Shown here: positions 10,234-17,063 of the stretch, one piece after another | How positions within the stretch are numbered: position 1 is the first letter of the stretch | Layout of the letters: each line of letters opens with the position of its first letter | Assembly: GCA_016716505.1 (NCBI GenBank) | Contig: JADJWF010000007.1 | Location: 91 to 64,090, forward strand | Source: Verrucomicrobiota bacterium | GTDB taxonomy: Bacteria; Verrucomicrobiota; Verrucomicrobiia; Limisphaerales; J093 | Length of the DNA: 64,000 nucleotides | Direction of reading: 5' to 3' | Program-made: the position numbers and the translations under genes | The notes under the pieces: generated by a model | The model's database searches: none | What the model was told of the DNA's origin: nothing | The model's input: the letters and a program-made list of their open reading frames with translations, nothing else

Positions 10234-10251
10234 GCCGGCGAGGACGCCGGC
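10234..10251 (-). terminator. GC hairpin downstream of the small membrane-protein gene (weak terminator candidate)
   Basis: gccggcg-agga-cgccggc, a 7-bp stem about 24 nt after the stop at 10275. No U-tract follows. Confidence 0.25.
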
Positions 10252-10274
10252 GCTACATCATGGCTGGAAACGCT

Positions 10275-10682
10275 CTAACGCGAAACCGCCGGCAGCAACG
10301 GCGAGGGCGCGTTGGTGGGCTGGGGGAGCTGATACTTCGCGACGAGCTTGGCGATCTCCGGATCCCGCGCGGCCAACCGGTGAAGGTCCATCGCGAACCG
10401 CTCGAACCAGGGCACGCTGTTGGTTTCGTATTGCGAGACGACGGCGCTCATCTCCTCGACGCTGCGTTGCAGGGTGACGGCCTGCGCCCGCAAGACCTGG
10501 GTCTGGTAGTACATGAAGACGTTCACCGCCAGGGTCAGGAGAATCGCGAGGCCGATGACGAAGTGGACAAGGTTTCGCAGCTCGCCGATGGACTGCCTCA
10601 AGGCAGCCGTCTCCACCGGGTCGGGACCCAGCGGTTCTCCCGGGTCTTCCGGGAACAATTCCGGTTCGGCGTCGGGCTTCAT
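10275..10682 (-). CDS. small single-pass membrane protein (paralog B)
   Basis: 135 aa with one TM helix (LVHFVIGLAILLTLAVNVFMYY), then a helical region ending LAARDPEIAKLVAKY. Its start overlaps the upstream stop (ATGA at 10679-10682). Confidence 0.6.
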   Translation of the reverse strand: MKPDAEPELFPEDPGEPLGPDPVETAALRQSIGELRNLVHFVIGLAILLTLAVNVFMYYQTQVLRAQAVTLQRSVEEMSAVVSQYETNSVPWFERFAMDLHRLAARDPEIAKLVAKYQLPQPTNAPSPLLPAVSR

Positions 10683-11002
10683 GGCTGGCCGGAAGTTGGG
10701 GCGGTGGCTCCCCCGCCCGGGGCCAAATTGAGTTGCTGGTAGAGGGGCCCGTATTGCTGGACGAAGCCCTGCAGCCCCGGATTGCGGCGCGCGTATTCCG
10801 CCACCTCGCGAGCCAGTGCCTGCAGGACTGCGCGATTGCGGTTCACGAGCAAGGTCTGCACTTGCAACCGGGCGGCCCTGACCTGGAGATCACCCACGCG
10901 CCGAAAACTTTCGACGTGCCGGTAACACAGGATGGCCGCCAGCCCGACGCTGAGGAACAGCGCCAAGACCAGCAGTTGAGATGTGCGGGCGGACTTCGCC
11001 AT
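10679..11002 (-). CDS. small single-pass membrane protein (paralog A)
   Basis: 107 aa with an N-terminal TM helix (LLVLALFLSVGLAAILCY), then a helical region ending YARRNPGLQGFVQQY. Same architecture as the downstream gene. Confidence 0.6.
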   Translation of the reverse strand: MAKSARTSQLLVLALFLSVGLAAILCYRHVESFRRVGDLQVRAARLQVQTLLVNRNRAVLQALAREVAEYARRNPGLQGFVQQYGPLYQQLNLAPGGGATAPTSGQP

Positions 11003-11098
11003 GCCGCAAGAAGGCTAGCCAGTCGTGCTCCCGCTCCAAGCACTAATTCCTGGCGCAGACGGCTGGCCGCCTTCCGAGGGGACCGACCCGGCCGGCGC

Positions 11099-11869
11099 TT
11101 AACGCCGCAGCCGGCGGCGGAGGAGAACAAACGCGCCCAAGCCGGAAGCCGATAGTAACCCGGTCCACGGCACCTCGGGAATCGGCGTGGCTCCGAGATT
11201 CAGGAACGCATAGTCATCCTTGCCGTTGTTGGTGACCAACACCTTGAGCGTGACGTGCTCTCCAACCGAGGCCTGATCCCCTGCAGCCACAGTGAATTTC
11301 AGCAGGTCCGACATGACCGAACCGCTGGGCCACTGCCGGGCGGGGTCCCAACCTGCAACAGCGAGCTTGCGCTCCCCCACGGACCCGTCGAAGCCCCACG
11401 GGTTCACCCCGAGAGCTTGGACGGAACCCGCTTGGGGATCGAATTTCTTCGCCGAAGTGTCCGACAATGAGGCGAAAGAAAGTCCGTCCGTGACGACGGA
11501 ACGGTCGGACTTGTTCAGAATTGCCAGACTGAGACCGTTCCAAGCCGAAGCCGAAGTGTTGCGCACGGTGATCTCCAGCCAGGCACTATTTCGATAGATG
11601 GTGCTCCCGACCTGCCCGATCTTCGTGAGGCCGCTCACTTTCAACCGCCCAATTTGCTCGATGTCCGTGAGTGAAACGCTGAGCTTCACCGGATCGGCCT
11701 TCGATCCGCTCCCTCCGACGACGACCAAATCGTCCAGAACATCTTCGGAAGATCCCGGGGCGGCAACGATGGTGAAAGCGAGTTGAGCTGAAACCATCGG
11801 CGCCGTCGCGAGCAGGGCGAAGGCGGCGGCCCAAGCCAGCAGTCCCGCTTTGAAAGTGTTCGTTCTCAT
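11099..11869 (-). CDS. PEP-CTERM-type sorting-domain protein (PEV variant)
   Basis: Signal peptide (AAAFALLATAPMVSAQ). C-terminus IPEVPWTGLLSASGLGAFVLLRRRLRR shows the P-E-x motif, a TM helix and an Arg cluster. Confidence 0.7.
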   Translation of the reverse strand: MRTNTFKAGLLAWAAAFALLATAPMVSAQLAFTIVAAPGSSEDVLDDLVVVGGSGSKADPVKLSVSLTDIEQIGRLKVSGLTKIGQVGSTIYRNSAWLEITVRNTSASAWNGLSLAILNKSDRSVVTDGLSFASLSDTSAKKFDPQAGSVQALGVNPWGFDGSVGERKLAVAGWDPARQWPSGSVMSDLLKFTVAAGDQASVGEHVTLKVLVTNNGKDDYAFLNLGATPIPEVPWTGLLSASGLGAFVLLRRRLRR

Positions 11870-11896
11870 GGTTCGTACCTTTATTCGATCCGAGTT

Positions 11897-12712
11897 CTAA
11901 AACTTGTAGTTCACCGTCGCCAGCACGGAATGCGTGTACAAATCCGGCGTGCTCACCTTACCGCCCAGCAGGTCCCACTGGGTTTCTCCGACCCCCAGGA
12001 ACTGATACCCAATACCGACCGCCAAGTCTTCCGACAGAGAGTATTCCAAGCTCGCCTTAAACTGGTAGGCAAAACTGACGTCGAAGTCGGATTCGGACTT
12101 CGCGCTGAGCCGGCCATAGTCCGAATCGTTGAAGTAATCAATGGAGTAATTGACACACAGGCTGCTCAACACCGCGCCGATTCCCAGCCCCACGCAGACC
12201 TTCCAACGCTCACTCAAAGGCGCGATGCCCACGAGGTGCGCCAGCAGAGGAATCTGCGTGAGGTCAACGTCGCTGCGAGTGATCCCGATCGAGTAAAACG
12301 GATTATCGGGATCGGGCCCCAGCGTTTCGAAAGTTGACGAGGCTGAACCGGAATTACGAATCCAACCTGGCTGGAACTCCAGATGCAACTGCCGCCAGAA
12401 TCGAAACGCCACGCTGCCGTTGACCCGAATGCCCGGATCCAAGCTGAGCCGCTGCGGAAAATCTGCCGGCACGATGACCGGGCCTAGACCGGGCAAGAAC
12501 GGCAGGTGCAGCGAGGACTCGGTCCTCACCGTGAAATCCGTCACGAACGCCGCGCCAACATCGAGCCCCACGTACCAGTCCTCCGGATTGGGAACGGTGG
12601 CGTCGGATTGAGCCATGAGTCCGGGAGCGGCAACCACAATGCAAGCGGCGGCCATTCCCCACCCACCCATGCGGGGAGCGGGACGAACCTGTTTGCCGAG
12701 GGTAACTCTCAT
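11897..12712 (-). CDS. outer-membrane beta-barrel protein
   Basis: Signal peptide (AACIVVAAPGLMAQS), alternating amphipathic strands, and a C-terminal ...ATVNYKF with the terminal Phe typical of OMPs. The start is either 12712 or 12670. Confidence 0.7.
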   Translation of the reverse strand: MRVTLGKQVRPAPRMGGWGMAAACIVVAAPGLMAQSDATVPNPEDWYVGLDVGAAFVTDFTVRTESSLHLPFLPGLGPVIVPADFPQRLSLDPGIRVNGSVAFRFWRQLHLEFQPGWIRNSGSASSTFETLGPDPDNPFYSIGITRSDVDLTQIPLLAHLVGIAPLSERWKVCVGLGIGAVLSSLCVNYSIDYFNDSDYGRLSAKSESDFDVSFAYQFKASLEYSLSEDLAVGIGYQFLGVGETQWDLLGGKVSTPDLYTHSVLATVNYKF

Positions 12713-12814
12713 GCCGAAAGGCAGTTAAAGGACGGCCGGCGGGCAGCGCAACTAGAAAGTGTCATCGGGACATTTTTCAGCAAGTTGCGGACCGCTTTAC
12801 CAGCCGGAAGCCAG

Positions 12815-13357
12815 TCAAACCTCCTCCATGCGCTCGATTACTTCCCCGCTTTCGAGCCGGGCGAGGTGCCACGCGACCGTCCATTCCTCCCCCGGCAAAA
12901 CCAGTCGAGGCAGTATTTCCGCCAAGGGCGCGAGCACGAAACGGCGCCGGAGCGCCCGGGGATGCGGCAGCGTGAGCTGGGGGGAACTTCTCACCGCCGC
13001 GCCGAAGGCGATCAGGTCGAGGTCCAGCGGACGCGCCTCGTTCAAGACTCGCTTGGGCCGTCGGCCAAACTCCCGCTCGATCTCCTGGAGTTGCCCCAGC
13101 AGGGTCTCCGGCGTTTTCTCCGGCCCGGCCCGAAAGGCGACGACCGCGTTGATAAACGCGGGCGAACCGTCCGGGCAGTCCACCGGCGTGGTTCGCCAGA
13201 GCGACGAACATCGCCAATCACCCGCCGCAAGTCCGCGGAGCCTGGAGATCGCTGCCCGGACGTTGCCAACCGGATCGCCCAGATTGGATCCCAGCGCGAC
13301 GACTGCCAGCGCGGGACCGTCCGGGGGCGGCACGGGCTGCGGCGCGGGCTCGCTCAC
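12815..13357 (-). CDS. folK: 2-amino-4-hydroxy-6-hydroxymethyldihydropteridine diphosphokinase
   Basis: LAVVALGSNLGDPVGNVRAAI...LDLDLIAFG...LTLPHPRALRRRFVLAPLAEI is the HPPK signature. There is no in-frame ATG. GTG at 13357 overlaps the dapB stop (GTGA), and GTG at 13333 is an alternative. The rest of track ORF 12815..13897 is out of frame over dapB. Confidence 0.8.
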   Translation of the reverse strand: MSEPAPQPVPPPDGPALAVVALGSNLGDPVGNVRAAISRLRGLAAGDWRCSSLWRTTPVDCPDGSPAFINAVVAFRAGPEKTPETLLGQLQEIEREFGRRPKRVLNEARPLDLDLIAFGAAVRSSPQLTLPHPRALRRRFVLAPLAEILPRLVLPGEEWTVAWHLARLESGEVIERMEEV

Positions 13358-14091
13358 TTCAGTCCCAGGACGTCCTGCATCGAATACAGGCCGGGCAGCC
13401 GGCCCACCAACCACTGCGCCGCGCGCAAAGCTCCGTTGGCGAAGGTCTCCCGACTGCTCGCCCGATGCGTGAGTTCCAGCCGTTCCCCTCCGGCCGCGAA
13501 AATCACGGTGTGATCGCCCACCACATCTCCGCCCCGCACCGCGTGAATCCCAATCTCTCCGGCGGTCCGTTCGCCGACAAGCCCGACCCGCCCATGCCGC
13601 GCGGCGTCCCGCAACTGGACCCGGCGCACGTCGGCCAGAATCTCCGCCAGCGTCGTGGCCGTCCCGCTCGGGGCATCCTTCTTCAGGCGGTGATGCATCT
13701 CGATGATTTCGAGATCGAAGCCCGGGCCCAGGATTTCCGCCGCCTTGCGCGTCAGCCAGAAGAGCGTGTTCACCCCGGTCGAGTAATTGGAGGCCCAGAC
13801 CATCGGAATCCGCGTCTGCGCCTTTGTCACCTCGGCCTTCTCGTCCTCGGAATGGCCCGTGGTGCCGATCACCAGCGGCTTCCCCCGCTGCGCACATAGC
13901 GCCGCCACGCCGGGGGTGACGTGGTGCAAGGCAAACTCGATCACAACGTCGCCTCCCTCGATCACGCTGCCCAACTCATCGCCCTGATCCACTTGGCCAA
14001 CGATTTTGAGGGCGTGCGACTGGCGCGCGGCACACGTGATCAGGGCCTGGCCCATGCGGCCCTTGGAACCAACGATGACGACTCGGGTCAT
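13354..14091 (-). CDS. dapB: 4-hydroxy-tetrahydrodipicolinate reductase
   Basis: MTRVVIVGSKGRMGQALI..., 245 aa, with ...IEMHHRLKKDAPSGTA... typical of DapB. Confidence 0.92.
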   Translation of the reverse strand: MTRVVIVGSKGRMGQALITCAARQSHALKIVGQVDQGDELGSVIEGGDVVIEFALHHVTPGVAALCAQRGKPLVIGTTGHSEDEKAEVTKAQTRIPMVWASNYSTGVNTLFWLTRKAAEILGPGFDLEIIEMHHRLKKDAPSGTATTLAEILADVRRVQLRDAARHGRVGLVGERTAGEIGIHAVRGGDVVGDHTVIFAAGGERLELTHRASSRETFANGALRAAQWLVGRLPGLYSMQDVLGLK

Positions 14092-14110
14092 GGCGTTCAG
14101 GATCGTTAGG

Positions 14111-15004
14111 CTACTTGAGCACGCCGCACGCGGTCAGCGTCGCTTTGAGACGGGCACGACTCGCCGGGGTCAACGGCACGAGGGGCAGACGAAGTTCCTC
14201 GTCACAGAGCTTCATCATGGCCAGCGCCGCCTTGACCGGTGCGGGATTGGTCTCGATGAAGAGGTCTTTGAACAACGGGTAAAACTTTGTTTGCAGCCGG
14301 AGCGCCAGCGCCAGCTTGCCCTGCGCGCAGGCCCGCACCAACTGCGCCACCTCGCGGGGGATCACGTTGGACGCCACACTGACCACCCCGTGGGCGCCCG
14401 CGGCCATGAACGGCAGCGTCAATGCGTCGTCGCCGGACAGAATCGTGAAGTTCGGCCCCAGCACGGCCCGAAGCTGGTTCACCCGGTCCACGTTGCCGCC
14501 CGCCTCCTTGATCGCGATGATGTTCACACTGTCGTGGGCCAGCCGGTTGACCGTCTCCACGGCGATCTCGACCGCGCAACGCCCGGGAATGCTGTAGAGA
14601 ATGATCGGCAACCGCGTTGCGCGGGCGACGGCGTGGAAGTGCTGGAACAACCCCTCCTGCGTGGGCTTGTTGTAATACGGCGCGACCTGCAGGGACGCGT
14701 CGGCCCCCGCCTCCTCGGCCGCCTTGGTCAGGTAAATGGCCTCCTTGGTGGAGTTCCCGCCGGTCCCCGCGACCACCTTAATCCGCCCCCGTGCAAACCG
14801 GACCGCCAGTTGAATCACGCGGATGTGCTCTTCGTAGTCGAGCGTGGGCGACTCGCCCGTGGTGCCGACCGGTACGATGCCATCCACCCCGGCCTTGATT
14901 TGGAGGTGGATCAATCGCTCAAGGGCCGATTCATCCACCGCGCCGTTGCGGAACGGCGTGACGATGGCGGTGTAAGTACCGGTGAATTGGGGTTTGTGGG
15001 TCAT
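14111..15004 (-). CDS. dapA: 4-hydroxy-tetrahydrodipicolinate synthase
   Basis: MTHKPQFTGTYTAIVTPFRNGAVDESALERLIHLQIKAGVDGIVPVGTTGESPTL... An alternative start lies at 15034. Confidence 0.92.
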   Translation of the reverse strand: MTHKPQFTGTYTAIVTPFRNGAVDESALERLIHLQIKAGVDGIVPVGTTGESPTLDYEEHIRVIQLAVRFARGRIKVVAGTGGNSTKEAIYLTKAAEEAGADASLQVAPYYNKPTQEGLFQHFHAVARATRLPIILYSIPGRCAVEIAVETVNRLAHDSVNIIAIKEAGGNVDRVNQLRAVLGPNFTILSGDDALTLPFMAAGAHGVVSVASNVIPREVAQLVRACAQGKLALALRLQTKFYPLFKDLFIETNPAPVKAALAMMKLCDEELRLPLVPLTPASRARLKATLTACGVLK

Positions 15005-15030
15005 GTCAGAAACGCCGCGCGGGCGGCCGG

Positions 15031-15840
15031 TCAAATCTCAATCCGTCCCTCGAAGGTGAACTCTGCGGGGCCCGTTAGCCGAACCTCGCTGAACGTTTTC
15101 CCGGTCCGCTGGAAGCCCACTTCCAGCACGTCCCCGCTCTGGACCCGCACGCAGACCGGCGATCCGAAATCGTGCAGACAGGCCGTGACCAGCGCCGACG
15201 CCGTCACGCCCGTGCCGCAGGCCAGCGTTTCGCCCTCCACGCCCCGCTCGTACGTCCGGACGCGGATCGAACCGGGGCCAAGGACTTGAACGAAGTTCAC
15301 GTTCGTGCCGCGCGGCGCGAAGTGCGGGTGGTGCCTCAGTTCCGCCCCGAGCGACTGCACCATGGCCTTGTCCGCGTCTTCCACCATGACCACGGCGTGG
15401 GGCACCCCGGTGTTCAAGGAATGCACCTCCAGCTCAGTGCCCGCTACCGGCAGCCGCTCGTGCAACCGCAAGTCCTTCGGCGCGGTCAGGTTCACTGTCA
15501 CCCGGTCGGCCTCAAAGGTCGCCGTGATCACGCCGGCCAGGGTCTCGAACGTCACCCGGTCCTTCACGCCGGTCAGCCGTTGGATGAACCGGGCGAAACA
15601 GCGGGCGCCGTTGCCGCACATTTCGGCGACGCTGCCGTCGCTGTTGTAGAAATCCCAGGCCCACTCGGCGCGCCCTTCGCGGGCCGGCACCAGCGCGATC
15701 AATCCGTCCGCGCCCACGCCGCGATGGCGGTCGCACAGGCGTGCCACCTGCGCCCCCGTCAGGCGCACTTCGCCGGCGCGGTTGTCGAGCAGGACGAAGT
15801 CGTTGCCCGCGCCGTTCATCTTGGTGAACTGCAGAATCAC
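15031..15840 (-). CDS. dapF: diaminopimelate epimerase
   Basis: ILQFTKMNGAGNDFVLLD..., with MCGNGARC and ACGTG Cys motifs. Start uncertain: GTG 15840 (best fit to the family N-terminus), ATG 15819, or TTG 15909 as in the ORF track. Confidence 0.88.
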   Translation of the reverse strand: MILQFTKMNGAGNDFVLLDNRAGEVRLTGAQVARLCDRHRGVGADGLIALVPAREGRAEWAWDFYNSDGSVAEMCGNGARCFARFIQRLTGVKDRVTFETLAGVITATFEADRVTVNLTAPKDLRLHERLPVAGTELEVHSLNTGVPHAVVMVEDADKAMVQSLGAELRHHPHFAPRGTNVNFVQVLGPGSIRVRTYERGVEGETLACGTGVTASALVTACLHDFGSPVCVRVQSGDVLEVGFQRTGKTFSEVRLTGPAEFTFEGRIEI

Positions 15841-16000
15841 GGGCGCCGACCGTAACGAACCCGCTCGTGAATTGAAGGCGAAAGTCCGCAGGCATACCGG
15901 AAAAACCAAGCCGGTTGTCGCTCAGTGCCGGGGAGCAGGCCCGACGGAGTGCCGCCCCGCAGGGCGGGGGCCGGAATGTCCGTGTCGCCAACGCGTTCAC

Positions 16001-16061
16001 GGCTCACTCCTGCGGGGTCGGAACCATCAGCCAAGGGCGCGAGGCACCCTTTTTCGTGCCG
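16001..16061. repeat. 61-bp direct repeat, copy A (orphan copy of the 3' end of the 798-aa gene)
   Basis: 58/61 identical to 17003..17063. On the minus strand it reads ...GTKKGASRPWLMVPTPQE* outside any long ORF. Confidence 0.9.
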
Positions 16062-16093
16062 GAGCCAGAAGCCAAGGGCCACCGGCCGAACCC

Positions 16094-17002
16094 TCAAAAG
16101 TCGTCGTCGAACTCGTAGATGGGTTGCAGTTTGCTGGTGCGCAACCAGAGGTAATGGTAATCGGGGCTGCCGAAGACGTTGCCACTCGGTCCCGGGGGAG
16201 CCCCCGTCACCGGGGGCGTCGTCCGTGGGTCCACCCAGCGCTTCAGCTCCACATGCCCGTCCACGTAACCAAGGGTACCCGCCCGGCCGTGACGGCTGGC
16301 GGGGTATATTCCCCACACCCCATACGCAGCGTCCCGGGACAGATTAAAGATACAGAGATCCATGGTATCTTCGTGGGTGTCCACAAACACGATCCAGCCG
16401 GGTCGGTTGAACCGGTTCCACTCACCCATCTTCAGAAAATACTCTCCACCGCTGCCCCACAGCACTTTGGTTCCCATGTGCGCGTTCATCGTGTAGCTGC
16501 GCAGGCGGGGGTAGGTGCCATCGGCCAGCGTGACCCGGGACCGATCCCCGGGGCACTTGAACAGCCGCAGGCTCTGCACGTAGCGGCCGAGCGACCCCTC
16601 CCGCTCCCCCATCAGGTAGTCCACGTTGGTGGCGTCGGAGTTGGTGTACCCGTGCCAGCCCAGTGATCAGGAAGCAAACCACTGCTTGTGGGGCCCGAAA
16701 CCGGTCGGACTGGGAGCGTGACCATAGCTGGCCGGGTTGTTGGGGACCAAGACCTGGTGGTTGTCATCGGCGTACAGCCGCCAGGCGATGAGCAACTGGC
16801 GCTGGTTGTTGAGGCAGACCGCCCCCAGGGCCTTGCGTTTGGCCCCGGCCAGAGCGGGCAAGAGCAACCCGGCCAGAATGGCAATGACGGCAATGACCAC
16901 CAGCAGTTCGATCAAGGTAAAGGCCGGGGCCATCGGCAGGCGACACCGACTCCCGGGCCCGCCGCGAACCGCCCGGCGGAGAATGATACCCGGTGTTTTC
17001 AT
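16094..17002 (-). pseudogene. prepilin-type N-terminal cleavage/methylation, H-X9-DG family protein interrupted by an in-frame TGA
   Basis: The N-terminal part (16667..17002) has [24 protein letters not shown]. The C-terminal part (16094..16624) has HGRAGTLGYVDGH, the H-X9-DG motif. Both parts are in the same frame. The sequence reads ...KQWFAS-TGA-SLGWHGYTNSDATNVDYLMGER..., with TGA at 16667-16669. Confidence 0.8.
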
Positions 17003-17063
17003 GGCTCACTCCTGCGGGGTCGGAACCATCAGCCACTGGCGCGAGGCACCATTTTTCGTGCCG
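17003..17063. repeat. 61-bp direct repeat, copy B (true 3' end of the 798-aa gene plus a 3-nt spacer)
   Basis: It encodes ...GTKNGASRQWLMVPTPQE*, followed by gcc and then the ATG of the H-X9-DG gene. Confidence 0.9.

Noticed and set aside
10011-10274. Calling a specific SAM riboswitch class upstream of metY
   Set aside because: I could not find the conserved S-box (GAGGGA...GCAACC), SAM-II/V (AAAGCU pseudoknot) or SAM-IV cores by eye. I kept it only as an unclassified structured leader.
16667-16669. TGA as selenocysteine or a reassigned codon
   Set aside because: TGA is used as an ordinary stop by other genes here (for example dapB, feoA-1, dinG). The family has no known Sec members, and the position is not in a redox motif. 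I did not look rigorously for a SECIS-like hairpin downstream, so a nonsense mutation is the simpler explanation.
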